This document shows, piece after piece, positions 36,869 to 49,350 of a DNA stretch of 64,000 nucleotides. Within the stretch, counting starts at the first letter, position 1, and each line of letters starts with the position of its first letter. The DNA lies in the NCBI GenBank assembly GCA_965151385.1, contig CBCTZJ010000005.1:6935-70934 (forward strand). The letters run 5' to 3'. The notes below the pieces were generated by a model. That model saw only the letters and a program-made list of their open reading frames with translations. It had not been told where the DNA came from and made no database searches. The position numbers and the translations under genes are program-made. Origin of the DNA: an uncultured Collinsella sp. GTDB taxonomy: Bacteria; Actinomycetota; Coriobacteriia; Coriobacteriales; Coriobacteriaceae.

Positions 36869-38159
36869 AGCGACGTATCGGAAGGTTGCCGTGCTATATC
36901 TATATTCTTTAACACTGCTCATAATGCTTGGCCTCGTGATTTTGATTACGCGAGATTTATTTGCACATAACGCGTTGTCTCTCTTAGCATGGGTGATGGC
37001 GTTTTTCTCTCTAGTAAATTGCGGATATAGGATTGATGAAAACAGTCCGGCCTATCTTGTTTTAGTTATAGGGATACTTGCGTTTCAATTCTTCTTTTTA
37101 TTCTCAGCTGGTTCCAGAAAAGAACATGAGGCCAACGGACACGAGGCACTATTCTCTTTGGACAATGAGAACTTGAAGAAAATACTTGTGATTGAGGTAT
37201 TGGTCGTTGCGGTTGTATTCGCTTGCTTTTTGACACAAGTGCCACAGGTCGAACAAATAACGACTCTGCTTACTACTATGAAATCGGGAGATTCGGACAA
37301 TGCGTTGAAGATGCCGTCTTGGATGGGATATGCGGAAAATATTATCGAAGGATTCTCGATTGCTATCCTGTTTTCGTACTTCAAGTGCGATGAGACGATC
37401 AGAAGGCAAAATTCAAAGCTTATTGTATTGCAGGTGATTTTAGGACTTGCATGTTGTTTTTTAAAATTAAGCAGAAATGGTTTTTTGTGGTACCTACTGC
37501 CGTTGGTGGCTGTGTTTGTAAAAGGCAAAAAACTTTCGTTTAGGCAGTGCGTATATGTGCTGCTTGTTGGCTCGGTTGCCTTCCTTGTGATATTTTTCGG
37601 TTTCGCCTGGCTTAAATATGGATATAGATACTCCACGTTCAATTTCGGTGAATTATTCTCTGATCAGTTCATTAGCTACCTTGCATCTCCCCTTGTTTGT
37701 TTCCAGCTATTTTTCGATTCTTATCAGCCGAGTGGAACGTTCTCTAACACGCTTCGATTCTTTTCGGCGTTTAACGTGGCCCTTGGCCTGGGCGATGGCG
37801 CGAACGAACTTGTCCAGCAATTTATATATATCGCCAATGGCGTATCCAGCAATGTATACACCATGTTCCAGTATTACTGCGATGATTTTGGCGTCGTATA
37901 CAGCATTATTATGAGTGCGATTTTGGGCTTGATGTCTGGTTTTTGTTACAAGCGAGAGAATGTTGATGCACTGTTTGGATACCTAAGCTGTCTGCTTCTA
38001 TATCCGGCCTTTATGCAGTTCTTCCAAGATCAGTATTTTTCGCTTGCTTCTACTTGGCTGCAACTTCTTTTTGTGGGGCTTATTGTGTTTAGAACCAAGC
38101 TTGTTTTGCATCGCGTTGATGCTGAGCAAGTCAATTCTTCTCAGGAGTTAAAATGCTAG
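36840..38159 (+). CDS. polytopic membrane protein, putative Wzy-type polysaccharide polymerase
   Basis: About 10 or more predicted TM segments, position inside the locus, very AT-rich (37441-37500 is 33% GC). No sequence motif was recognised. The start is uncertain (36738-36840). Confidence 0.55.
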   Translation: MTDYRVKRTRATYRKVAVLYLYSLTLLIMLGLVILITRDLFAHNALSLLAWVMAFFSLVNCGYRIDENSPAYLVLVIGILAFQFFFLFSAGSRKEHEANGHEALFSLDNENLKKILVIEVLVVAVVFACFLTQVPQVEQITTLLTTMKSGDSDNALKMPSWMGYAENIIEGFSIAILFSYFKCDETIRRQNSKLIVLQVILGLACCFLKLSRNGFLWYLLPLVAVFVKGKKLSFRQCVYVLLVGSVAFLVIFFGFAWLKYGYRYSTFNFGELFSDQFISYLASPLVCFQLFFDSYQPSGTFSNTLRFFSAFNVALGLGDGANELVQQFIYIANGVSSNVYTMFQYYCDDFGVVYSIIMSAILGLMSGFCYKRENVDALFGYLSCLLLYPAFMQFFQDQYFSLASTWLQLLFVGLIVFRTKLVLHRVDAEQVNSSQELKC

Positions 38160-38788
38160 GAATCCGAACGAAAATTAGGCATGTATCCGCTTCTTTAAAG
38201 TGGGCCAAAGCCAATGAGCACAACAGAACACAACTCGGGCGTTGGACAATCGGGCTCGACAATGTCACAATTGGCGATTACTCCTACGGGGAAATCAACG
38301 TTCTTACGGCGTCCAAGCAACCCAAGCTTGCCATAGGCGAATTATGCTCGATTGCGCCAAATGTGACTTTCGTTATTCACAACAACCATCCCATCGACCA
38401 TTTCACGACGTTTCCTCTGCGCCGCTTTGTCCTGGGAGAGACTTACGATGAGGCTTGCGGGAACGGCGGTATCGTCGTCGAAGAAGACGTTTGGATTGGT
38501 TACGGCGCGACCATCTTGGACGGCGTCCATATAGGCCGGGGGGGGGTCGTCGCAGCAGGAGCAGTCGTCACCAAGGACGTGGAGCCTTACACGATCGTTG
38601 GGGGTGTGCCGGCAAAACCTGTCAAGAAACGCTTCAGCCAGGACGTCATCGACCGGCTCCTTGCGCTCGACTACTCGAAGGTGGACAGGCGTTTCGTGGA
38701 GACGCATATCGAACAGCTCTATCGTCCGCTGGACGAGCGCTCCATTGGGGAGCTGCTAGATGAGCCAGGGGACAGGCATGAACTATAG
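38153..38788 (+). CDS. hexapeptide-repeat acetyltransferase (XAT/Vat-like)
   Basis: VWIGYGATILDGVHIGRGGVVAAGAVVTKDVEPYTIVGGVPAKPVKKRF. Confidence 0.85.
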   Translation: MLGIRTKIRHVSASLKWAKANEHNRTQLGRWTIGLDNVTIGDYSYGEINVLTASKQPKLAIGELCSIAPNVTFVIHNNHPIDHFTTFPLRRFVLGETYDEACGNGGIVVEEDVWIGYGATILDGVHIGRGGVVAAGAVVTKDVEPYTIVGGVPAKPVKKRFSQDVIDRLLALDYSKVDRRFVETHIEQLYRPLDERSIGELLDEPGDRHEL

Positions 38789-40196
38789 GTCTTTGGCGGG
38801 CAACATGGTTGTCGCGTTCGCGGCCCAGGGTATCTCGTTCTTGGCGAGCGTCGCTATGTCACTTCTCGTGCCGAAGGTGCTCGGCGTCGAGACGTACGGC
38901 TATTGGCAGCTGTTTATTTTTTACGCGAGCTACTCAGGCTTCTTCATGCTCGGTCTCAACGACGGTATCTACCTCATCGAGGGCGGTAACACGAGGGGCG
39001 AGATAGACAAGCGAGCTGTGAACTCGCAGTTCCGCTTCGGCATGGCATTCCAGCTCGTCGTGGCCGCCGTCATCGCCATCATCGCCGTTGTTTGGGCGCC
39101 CGAGGCGCAGCGCTCGTTCGTCCTACTGGCGTTCGCCCTCTACACCGTGCTCTATAACCTTGCCGGATTCCTTGGCTATATCTTCCAGTCGATGAACGAG
39201 ACCAAGCTTTTCTCGTATTCCACCATGATCGACCGCCTGGTGTTCCTGGCCATCATCCTCGTGATGGTATTTATCCGGGTCCCTGATTTCGAGCCCTATG
39301 TTTTCGCCTATCTAATTTCGAAAGCCTGTTCATTGGCCTATTGCATCGTTCGCTCCCGTGATTTCTTCGCAGCCGGAGCACTGGCCTTGACGGAGGCCGT
39401 CAAGCTGAGCCTTTCGAGCATGAAGGTCGGCTTCGCACTGATGATATCGAACGTTGCCTCGATGCTCGTCCTGGGTGTTGCGCGCGCGCTGGTAGACAAA
39501 GCCTGGGGAATTGAGGCCTTCGGGCGCGTGTCGTTCTGGCTCTCGATGGTGAACTTCTTCATCACCTTCGTGTCGCAGGCGAGCATGGTGCTGTTCCCGG
39601 CGCTTAGGCAGGGCACCGAGGGAGAACGAAGAGCTTTCTACCGCTTCGTTCGCGACATGATGGAGGTGACGTTTCCTGTGGTCTATCTCCTGTATTTCCC
39701 GATGGCATGGGTGCTGTCTCTCTGGCTTCCGCAATACGCCGACACCATGCACTATTTCGCGATTCTGTTGCCCGTCTGCGTGTTCGATACGAAGATGAAC
39801 CTGTGCTGCACCACGTATTTTAAGGTGCTGAGGGAGGAACGGACGCTCCTCAAGGTGAACCTTTGCACGCTAGCGGGCAGCATAGCGCTTTGCACCATTG
39901 GCGTTTACGTGATCGGATCGCTCGATGCCGTCTTGCTTGGCACCGTCGCATGCATCGTTTGCCGTTCCCTTTGGTCGGAACGGCACTTGAACGCGAAAAT
40001 TGGGGTTTCCACAACACCCGCCCCCATCGAAGAGGTCGTGCTCACCGCTGTGTTTGTGGCGCTAGCGCTTTGCGCGCCCGCGTTTGTTGCCGTCCTGGGG
40101 TATTTGGCGCTTTACGCAGCTTATTTGGTACTGAACAGGCATTCGGCGCGAGACATGCTTGCCTTGACCAAGCGCGTGTTTACGCGAGGGAAATGA
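38778..40196 (+). CDS. Wzx-type flippase (MOP/polysaccharide biosynthesis protein family)
   Basis: About 470 aa with 12-14 TM segments, in a locus context. The alternative start is 38760. Confidence 0.7.
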   Translation: MNYRSLAGNMVVAFAAQGISFLASVAMSLLVPKVLGVETYGYWQLFIFYASYSGFFMLGLNDGIYLIEGGNTRGEIDKRAVNSQFRFGMAFQLVVAAVIAIIAVVWAPEAQRSFVLLAFALYTVLYNLAGFLGYIFQSMNETKLFSYSTMIDRLVFLAIILVMVFIRVPDFEPYVFAYLISKACSLAYCIVRSRDFFAAGALALTEAVKLSLSSMKVGFALMISNVASMLVLGVARALVDKAWGIEAFGRVSFWLSMVNFFITFVSQASMVLFPALRQGTEGERRAFYRFVRDMMEVTFPVVYLLYFPMAWVLSLWLPQYADTMHYFAILLPVCVFDTKMNLCCTTYFKVLREERTLLKVNLCTLAGSIALCTIGVYVIGSLDAVLLGTVACIVCRSLWSERHLNAKIGVSTTPAPIEEVVLTAVFVALALCAPAFVAVLGYLALYAAYLVLNRHSARDMLALTKRVFTRGK

Positions 40197-40262
40197 ACGG
40201 ATGCATAGCGCGGCTGGTCTGGAATAGATACTCAATTACTCAACTTAGAAAGGAATAGCACA

Positions 40263-42204
<1,942 letters not shown>

Positions 42205-42218
42205 GAGGGGAGAGACAG

Positions 42219-43679
42219 ATGGCAGACATCGCATTCGAGAAGGACCTGACCGTCGCCGAGACCGGCATCGGGGGCCTCAAGGTCGTCGACCTCGCCGTGC
42301 ACGGCGACTCGCGCGGCTGGTTCAAGGAGAACTGGCAGCGCGCCAAGATGACCGCCCTGGGCATCCCCGACCTCCGCGTCGTCCAGAACAACGTCTCCTA
42401 CAACGAGAAGAGGGGCGTCACCCGCGGCATCCACGCCGAGCCCTGGGACAAGTTCATCTCCGTCGCCCGCGGCAGCGTCTTCGGCGCCTGGGTGGACCTG
42501 CGCGAGGGCAGCGCCACCTACGGGAAAGTCTTCACCTGCACCCTGGACCCAAGCAAGGCCATCTACGTCCCGCGCGGCGTGGGCAACTCCTTCCAGGCCC
42601 TGGAGGACGGCACCGCCTACACCTACCTGGTGGACGCCCACTGGTCGCTGGAGCTGAAGAGGACCTACACCTTCGTGAACCTCGCCGACCCGGAGCTCGC
42701 CATCGAGTGGCCCATCCCGCTGGACCAGGCCACCGTCTCCGAGGCCGACCTCAACCACCCGATGCTCGCCGACGTCGTCCCGATGGCGCCAAGGAGGACC
42801 CTCGTCACCGGCTGCAACGGGCAGCTGGGGCATGCCGTGCGCGCGCTCGCGGAGGAGCGCGGCGTGGCGAAGGACTTCGACTTCTGCGACATCGACACCT
42901 TCGACATGTCAGACCCGGCGGCCTATTCGCAGTACGACTGGTCGCTCTACGGCACGGTCATCAACTGCGGCGCCTACACGGCGGTAGATAAGGCGGAGAC
43001 CCCCGAGGGCCGCGTGACCGCCTGGAAGGCCAACGCCACCGGCCCGGCGCTGCTCGCCCGCACCTGCGCCGAGCGCGGGATCACGCTCGTCCACGTGTCC
43101 AGCGACTACGTCTTCGACGGCACGGCGGAGGTCCATGACGAGGAGGAGCCCCTCAGCCCGCTGTCCGTCTACGGCCAGACCAAGGCCGCCGGCGACATCG
43201 CCGTGGCCGGCTGCCCGCGCCACTACATCATGCGCTCCAGCTGGGTCATCGGCGAGGGGCACAACTTCGTCAAGACGATGAAGTGCCTGTCCGACCGCGT
43301 CGCCGACCCCGAGGACGGGCTCACGCAGGTCACGGTCGTCGACGACCAGCTGGGCCGCCTGACCTTCACGCGCGACATGGCCGAGGCCATCTTCCACGTG
43401 TTGGACTCGAAGGCCCCCTACGGCACCTACGACTGCACCGGCTCCGGCGCCGTGAAGAGCTGGGCCGATATCGCCCGCGCCGTCTTCGAGGCAGCCAACG
43501 GCAACGGGGACAAGGTCGTGCCGGTTTCGACCGCCGACTACTACGCCGGCGCCGCCGGCCCCGTCGCCCCGCGCCCGGTCCACTCCGCGCTCGACCTTTC
43601 CAGGCTCGAGTCGGCTGGGTTCCATATGCCCGACTGGGAGGAAGAGCTAGGGGAGTACCTGGAGAATTATTTTGATTAA
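42219..43679 (+). CDS. fused dTDP-4-dehydrorhamnose 3,5-epimerase / dTDP-4-dehydrorhamnose reductase
   Basis: The N-terminal ~195 aa are RmlC-like (HGDSRGWFKENW). The C-terminal ~290 aa are RmlD-like (VTGCNGQLG, SSDYVFDG). ATG at 42219. Confidence 0.88.
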   Translation: MADIAFEKDLTVAETGIGGLKVVDLAVHGDSRGWFKENWQRAKMTALGIPDLRVVQNNVSYNEKRGVTRGIHAEPWDKFISVARGSVFGAWVDLREGSATYGKVFTCTLDPSKAIYVPRGVGNSFQALEDGTAYTYLVDAHWSLELKRTYTFVNLADPELAIEWPIPLDQATVSEADLNHPMLADVVPMAPRRTLVTGCNGQLGHAVRALAEERGVAKDFDFCDIDTFDMSDPAAYSQYDWSLYGTVINCGAYTAVDKAETPEGRVTAWKANATGPALLARTCAERGITLVHVSSDYVFDGTAEVHDEEEPLSPLSVYGQTKAAGDIAVAGCPRHYIMRSSWVIGEGHNFVKTMKCLSDRVADPEDGLTQVTVVDDQLGRLTFTRDMAEAIFHVLDSKAPYGTYDCTGSGAVKSWADIARAVFEAANGNGDKVVPVSTADYYAGAAGPVAPRPVHSALDLSRLESAGFHMPDWEEELGEYLENYFD

Positions 43680-43692
43680 TGAAAGAGAAACT

Positions 43693-44733
43693 ATGACTAA
43701 TCAAAAAGTACTCGTGACGGGAGCCGCTGGCTTCATCGGCGCATTCCTCGTCAGGAAGCTACTCGAGGAAACCGATGACACAATCGTCGGCCTCGACAAC
43801 CTCAACAGCTACTACGACCCCGGCATCAAGGACGCGCGCCTTCGCATGCTCGCCGAGGCCGATGCCGACGGCCGCTTCACCTTCGTGCGCGGCGACCTGT
43901 GCGACGCCGCCCTCATCGAGCACCTGTTCGCGGAGAACGGCTTCGACGTCGTTGTGAACCTCGCCGCCCAGGCGGGCGTCCGCTACTCCATCGAGAACCC
44001 GCGCGCCTACCTCGAGAGCAACCTCGTCGGCTTCTTTAACATCCTCGAGGCATGTCGCCACCATCCGGTCAAGCACCTGGTCTACGCCAGCTCCAGCTCG
44101 GTTTACGGCGGCAACAAGAAGGTGCCGTTCTCCGAGGAGGACCGCGTCGACTCGCCGGTGTCGCTCTACGCCGCCACCAAGAAGTCCAACGAGCTGATGG
44201 CCGCCGCCTACTCCAAGCTCTACTCCATCCCGGCCACCGGCCTGCGCTTCTTCACCGTGTACGGCCCCATGGGCAGGCCCGACATGGCCTACTTCGGCTT
44301 CACCGAGAAGCTGCGCCGAGGCGACACCATCAAGATCTTCAACATGGGCGACTGCCGCCGCGACTTCACCTACGTCGACGACATCGTCGAGGGCGTGAGG
44401 CGCGTCATGGACGCCGCGCCCGAGGTGAAGATGGGCGAGGACGGCCTGCCGCTCGCCGCGCACCGCGTCTACAACATCGGCAACTCGCACCCCGAGAACC
44501 TGCTCGACTTCGTCGACACGCTGCAGCGCGTGCTGGTGGAGGAGGGCGTGCTCCCGGCCGACTACGACTTCGAGGCCCACAAGCAGCTCGTGCCCATGCA
44601 GCCCGGCGACGTGCCCGTCACCTACGCCGACACCACGGCGCTCCAACGTGACCTGGACTACAAGCCCGCGACGCCGCTTGAGGACGGCCTGAGGGCCTTT
44701 GCCAAGTGGTATAAGCGCTACTACAACATTTAG
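43693..44733 (+). CDS. NAD-dependent nucleotide-sugar epimerase (UDP-glucuronate 4-epimerase-like)
   Basis: VTGAAGFIGAFL, YAATKKSNE (YxxxK) and an NLNSYYDP motif typical of Cap1J/LpsL-type enzymes. Confidence 0.85.
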   Translation: MTNQKVLVTGAAGFIGAFLVRKLLEETDDTIVGLDNLNSYYDPGIKDARLRMLAEADADGRFTFVRGDLCDAALIEHLFAENGFDVVVNLAAQAGVRYSIENPRAYLESNLVGFFNILEACRHHPVKHLVYASSSSVYGGNKKVPFSEEDRVDSPVSLYAATKKSNELMAAAYSKLYSIPATGLRFFTVYGPMGRPDMAYFGFTEKLRRGDTIKIFNMGDCRRDFTYVDDIVEGVRRVMDAAPEVKMGEDGLPLAAHRVYNIGNSHPENLLDFVDTLQRVLVEEGVLPADYDFEAHKQLVPMQPGDVPVTYADTTALQRDLDYKPATPLEDGLRAFAKWYKRYYNI

Positions 44734-44802
44734 GAAATCATGGCCCTGTAACAGGGGCCATTTTTCTTGCTGATTATTGCTCTTTGACAATTGGAGAATG
44801 AC

Positions 44803-46062
44803 ATGAAGATTGCTGTCGCAGGCACCGGTTACGTCGGTCTGTCCCTCGCCGTCCTGCTCTCGCAGCACAACGAGGTTCACGCGCTGGACATCGTTCCCGA
44901 GAAGGTCGAGAAGATCAACAACTATATGTCGCCCATCCAGGACGACGAGATCGAGCGCTTCCTGGCGGAGGCCAAGGCGGGGGAGCGCCAGCTCGACCTG
45001 CACGCCACCGTGGACGTGGCCGAGGCCTACGCGGGCGCCGACTACGCCGTCATCGCCACGCCCACCAACTACGACTCCGACAGGAACTTCTTCGACACCA
45101 GCTCCGTCGAGGCCGCCATCGCCGCCGTGCGCTCGGTTAACCCGGACGCCTGGATCGTCATCAAGTCGACCATCCCCGTCGGCTACACGGCGGGCCTGCG
45201 CGAGAGGCTGGGCGACAGCAAGATCTTCTTCAGCCCGGAGTTCCTGCGTGAGAGCAAGGCGCTCTACGACAATCTGCACCCCAGCCGCATCGTGGTGGGC
45301 GCGCCCAAGGAGGACGCCGAGGCCGTCGCGGCGGCCGAGCGTTTCGCCGGCCTGCTCGCTCAGGGCGCCGATCCAGTCGAGCTCGAGCGTGTCAACGCGG
45401 ACGGCTCAAGGGGCATCCCCGAGCTCGTGCTGGGCACCACCGAGGCCGAGGCCGTGAAGCTCTTCGCCAACACCTATCTGGCTCTGCGCGTGGCCTACTT
45501 TAACGAGCTCGACACCTACTGCGAGGTCCGCGGCCTCAACACCCGCGACGTCATCGACGGCGTCTGCCTGGAGCCGCGCATCGGGTCGCACTACAACAAC
45601 CCCAGCTTCGGCTACGGCGGCTACTGCCTGCCCAAGGACACCAAGCAGCTGCTGGCCAACTACAAGGACGTGCCCCAGAACCTGATCGAGGCCATCGTGG
45701 ACGCCAACCGCACCCGCAAGGACTTCGTGGCCGACGAGGTGCTGCAGATGGTGTGGGACCGCGTGTACGCCGGCAAGGAGAAGCCGGTCGTGGGCGTGTA
45801 CCGCCTGACGATGAAGTCGAACTCCGACAACTTCCGCGCGAGCTCCATCCAGGGCGTCATGAAGCGCGTGAAGGCCAAAGGCGTGCCCGTGGTGGTCTAC
45901 GAGCCCACGCTGGACGCGCCGGAGTTCTTCGGCTCCGAGGTGACCCACGACCTGGAGGCCTTCAAGGCCGGCTGCGACGTGATCGTCGCCAACCGCTGGA
46001 GCGACGAGCTCGCGGACGTGGCGGACAAGGTGTACACAAGAGATCTGTTTAAGAGGGATTAG
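44803..46062 (+). CDS. ugd: UDP-glucose 6-dehydrogenase
   Basis: [14 protein letters not shown], the catalytic GGYCLPKD and a C-terminal [13 protein letters not shown] block. Confidence 0.95.
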   Translation: MKIAVAGTGYVGLSLAVLLSQHNEVHALDIVPEKVEKINNYMSPIQDDEIERFLAEAKAGERQLDLHATVDVAEAYAGADYAVIATPTNYDSDRNFFDTSSVEAAIAAVRSVNPDAWIVIKSTIPVGYTAGLRERLGDSKIFFSPEFLRESKALYDNLHPSRIVVGAPKEDAEAVAAAERFAGLLAQGADPVELERVNADGSRGIPELVLGTTEAEAVKLFANTYLALRVAYFNELDTYCEVRGLNTRDVIDGVCLEPRIGSHYNNPSFGYGGYCLPKDTKQLLANYKDVPQNLIEAIVDANRTRKDFVADEVLQMVWDRVYAGKEKPVVGVYRLTMKSNSDNFRASSIQGVMKRVKAKGVPVVVYEPTLDAPEFFGSEVTHDLEAFKAGCDVIVANRWSDELADVADKVYTRDLFKRD

Positions 46063-46065
46063 GAA

Positions 46066-46761
46066 GTGTCTTTTTCACATTCGATCTGCAGCCCCACACG
46101 TAAGCTTGTAATAATCGGAGCAAGTGGGCATGGAAAGGTTATCGCCGACATCGCGCTGATGTGCGGATACGCGGACATTCTCTTTCTTGATGACAACCCT
46201 GCAGTTTCGCAATGCGCCGGATTCCCGGTTGTAGGAACGTCCTCAATGGCCGGAAAGCTCGGAGGCCGCTGTGATTACGTTGTCGCGATCGGCAACCCCA
46301 TGGCGCGAGAACGGATTCAGGAAAGCATCGATGGCAAACTGGTGACCCTTGTTCATCCTAATGCCACAATTGGGCGATGCGTAGAAATTGGTGAGGGCAC
46401 CGTCGTAATGGCTGGTGCCGTGGTTAATTCCGATACCGTTATCGGCAAGGGTGTGATTGTGAACACTTGTGCTTCGGTTGATCACGACTGTCGAATAGCC
46501 AATTACGTTCATGTATCCGTGGGGGCACATGTTGCGGGCACTGTGGATATCCATGAGCGCACGTGGCTCGGAATCGGGAGCTGCGTGACCAACAATGTGT
46601 CCATCTGTTCGGACTGTATGGTAGGTGCAGGAGCCGTCGTTGTGCGCGATATAGATGTATCCGGGACTTATGTAGGCATTCCGGCCAGGTTTTCACACGT
46701 TAATGAAAACTGGCCTTCTGCTGGACTAACTTCTCGGCAAAAGCCGACGCTCCTAGAATGA
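46066..46761 (+). CDS. NeuD/PglD-family sugar N/O-acetyltransferase
   Basis: A KLVIIGASGHGKVIADI Rossmann-like N-terminus plus a hexapeptide-repeat C-terminus. GTG start 3 nt after the ugd stop. Confidence 0.8.
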   Translation: MSFSHSICSPTRKLVIIGASGHGKVIADIALMCGYADILFLDDNPAVSQCAGFPVVGTSSMAGKLGGRCDYVVAIGNPMARERIQESIDGKLVTLVHPNATIGRCVEIGEGTVVMAGAVVNSDTVIGKGVIVNTCASVDHDCRIANYVHVSVGAHVAGTVDIHERTWLGIGSCVTNNVSICSDCMVGAGAVVVRDIDVSGTYVGIPARFSHVNENWPSAGLTSRQKPTLLE

Positions 46762-46981
46762 CGGGCTGTTCGGGGACTGTAAAAACAATCACAAGACCCG
46801 AGGGATACCTTCATTAGCAGACGACCCACTATCTTTTCTTGTATAGCGAAAACAATGATGTCGAAATGCAGCTAAACTCTTAAATTTTTTTGACATACGT
46901 TAAGTTTTAGATTCAATTGTTTAAGAAGCAATCGGATTAAAATCACCTAGTTTGTCAAACATTAGGCGTAGCTGAGCGCGT

Positions 46982-47417
46982 CCTGCCCAAGGACACCAAG
47001 CAGCTGCTGGCCAACTACAAGGACGTGCCCCAGAACCTGATCGAGGCCATCGTGGACGCCAACCGCACCCGCAAGGACTTCGTGGCCGACGAGGTGCTGC
47101 AGATGGTGTGGGACCGCGTGTACGCCGGCAAGGAGAAGCCGGTCGTGGGCGTGTACCGCCTGACGATGAAGTCGAACTCCGACAACTTCCGCGCGAGCTC
47201 CATCCAGGGCGTCATGAAGCGCGTGAAGGCCAAAGGCGTGCCCGTGGTGGTCTACGAGCCCACGCTGGACGCGCCGGAGTTCTTCGGCTCCGAGGTCACG
47301 CACGACCTGGAGGCCTTCAAGGCCGGCTGCGACGTTATCGTCGCCAACCGCTGGAGTGACGAGCTTGCAGATGTTTCAGAGAAGGTTTATACAAGGGACT
47401 TATTTAAACGCGATTAG
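46982..47417 (+). pseudogene. ugd 3-prime fragment, copy 2 (last 145 codons)
   Basis: 46982-47296 is identical to ugd 45627-45941. 47297-47417 differs at 21 mostly synonymous positions. There is no 5-prime part of the gene. Confidence 0.95.
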
Positions 47418-47430
47418 CTGAAAGGCGATA

Positions 47431-48606
47431 ATGGAAAAGAATATTCAGTTCAAAAATGATGGCCGTCTGAAACTGCTGATCATCGTGGGCACCCGCCCCG
47501 AGGTCATCCGCCTGTCCGAGGTCATCAAGAAGTGCCGCCGCCACTTCGACTGCCTGCTGGCTCACACCGGGCAGAACTACGACTACACGCTCAACGGCAT
47601 CTTCTTCCGCGACCTGGAGCTCGCCGACCCGGACGTCTACCTGGACGCCGTGGGCGCGGACCTGGGCGAGACCGTGGGCAACATCATCGCCTCGAGCTAC
47701 AAGCTCATGGTCGAGGTCAAGCCCGACGCGCTGCTGATCCTGGGCGACACCAACAGCTGCCTGTCCGCCATCGCGGCCAAGAGGCTCCACATCCCCATCT
47801 TCCACATGGAGGCGGGCAACCGCTGCAAGGACGAGTGCCTGCCCGAGGAGACCAACCGCCGCATCGTCGACGTGATCTCCGACGTCAACCTGGCCTACTC
47901 CGAGCACGCCCGCCGCTACCTCAAGGACACCGGCTGCGCCCCCGAGCGCACCTACGTCACGGGCTCGCCCATGGCCGAGGTCCTGCGCGCCAACCTGGGC
48001 AAGATCGAGGCCTCCGACGTCCTGACCGAGCTCGGCCTTGAGCCCAAGCGCTACATGCTGCTGTCCGCCCACCGCGAGGAGAACATCGACACCGAGGCGA
48101 ACTTCACGAGCCTGTTCACCGCCATCAACGCGCTTGCGGAGAAATACGACATGCCGATCCTGTACTCCTGCCACCCGCGCTCCCGCAAGCGCCTGGAGGC
48201 CACCGGCTTCGAGCTCAACCCGCGCGTGCGCATGCACGAGCCCATGGGCTTCCACGACTACAACTGCCTGCAGATGAACGCCTTCGCGGTGGTCTCCGAT
48301 TCGGGCACGCTGCCCGAGGAGTCGAGCTTCTTCGCGAGTGTCGGGCATCCTTTCCCGGCGGTGTGCATCCGCACCTCCACCGAGCGCCCCGAGGCGCTGG
48401 ACAAGGCCTGCTTCACGCTGGCCGGCATCTCCGAGAGGGGCCTGCTCCAGGCCGTCCACACCGCCGTCGAGCTCGACGCGGAGGGGTCGCTCCCCGAGGC
48501 CCCCGTTCCCGACTACGCCGGCGAGACCGTGTCCACCAAGGTCGTCAAGATCATCCAGAGCTACACCGGCGTGGTGGACAAGATGGTGTGGAGGAAGAAC
48601 CTGTAA
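47431..48606 (+). CDS. wecB: UDP-N-acetylglucosamine 2-epimerase (non-hydrolysing)
   Basis: The IIVGTRPEVIRL N-terminus, HMEAGNR and typical length. Confidence 0.9.
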   Translation: MEKNIQFKNDGRLKLLIIVGTRPEVIRLSEVIKKCRRHFDCLLAHTGQNYDYTLNGIFFRDLELADPDVYLDAVGADLGETVGNIIASSYKLMVEVKPDALLILGDTNSCLSAIAAKRLHIPIFHMEAGNRCKDECLPEETNRRIVDVISDVNLAYSEHARRYLKDTGCAPERTYVTGSPMAEVLRANLGKIEASDVLTELGLEPKRYMLLSAHREENIDTEANFTSLFTAINALAEKYDMPILYSCHPRSRKRLEATGFELNPRVRMHEPMGFHDYNCLQMNAFAVVSDSGTLPEESSFFASVGHPFPAVCIRTSTERPEALDKACFTLAGISERGLLQAVHTAVELDAEGSLPEAPVPDYAGETVSTKVVKIIQSYTGVVDKMVWRKNL

Positions 48607-48636
48607 TCGACGGGGTTTGAACTATGGAGTCGCTGG

Positions 48637-49350
48637 ATGGCAAAAGAATCCGATAGTTTTGCCAAGAATTTAGCAATTTCGGTTATAACCGGCCTGTTTA
48701 CTATTGGCGCCGAAGTGGCTGCAGCCTATTTGGTGCCACAGGTACAAAATCCGATAATAGTTAACAATAATGTTGTTATATCTACAGACGATTATGAAAA
48801 AGCGGTAGACAGGATTCAAGAGCTCGAAGAAGAGCTTAATGAACTGAGGCCTGTGAACTCGAACGAGAACAGCAGCACTGGAAACAGCGCTGCTTCTGGC
48901 GTATCGAGCCGGGCATTATTGAAAGATAAGCCCGGCTCGTCATCCAATTATTCACAGTCAGGCGATACGAACGCGAAAGATACTGCGGGAAATCTCTATG
49001 ACCCCAACCACTGGGGAATTATTGGATCTTGCTCAGCTTGCAGTGGCTTTGCCGACTATTATTTGGGCGGAAACTATTCCAAGCTGTCCATTACCATCGC
49101 CCCTTCCAGCACAAATATTGATGGAAAGGGCAACTCTACTTCATTCGAAATTCTTGTTAAATACAAAGGCGATTCCGATTTCAGATGCATTCATACTGAA
49201 AAAAACATTAATAAATCGACCTCTCCAATTCAGCTTGAGAACTTAGATATTTCTGGTGCCGAATGGATTGAATTCAAAGCTATAGAAAATGTAGATGAGG
49301 GCCATTTAAACGGCAACGTACTAATGATTGCGGATGCCATTGTTGGTTAG
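48637..49350 (+). CDS. hypothetical membrane-anchored protein, AT-rich
   Basis: One N-terminal TM helix (LAISVITGLFTIGAEVAAAYLV), a short coiled coil, a Ser/Asn linker and a beta-rich C-terminal domain of unknown family. Confidence 0.55.
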   Translation: MAKESDSFAKNLAISVITGLFTIGAEVAAAYLVPQVQNPIIVNNNVVISTDDYEKAVDRIQELEEELNELRPVNSNENSSTGNSAASGVSSRALLKDKPGSSSNYSQSGDTNAKDTAGNLYDPNHWGIIGSCSACSGFADYYLGGNYSKLSITIAPSSTNIDGKGNSTSFEILVKYKGDSDFRCIHTEKNINKSTSPIQLENLDISGAEWIEFKAIENVDEGHLNGNVLMIADAIVG

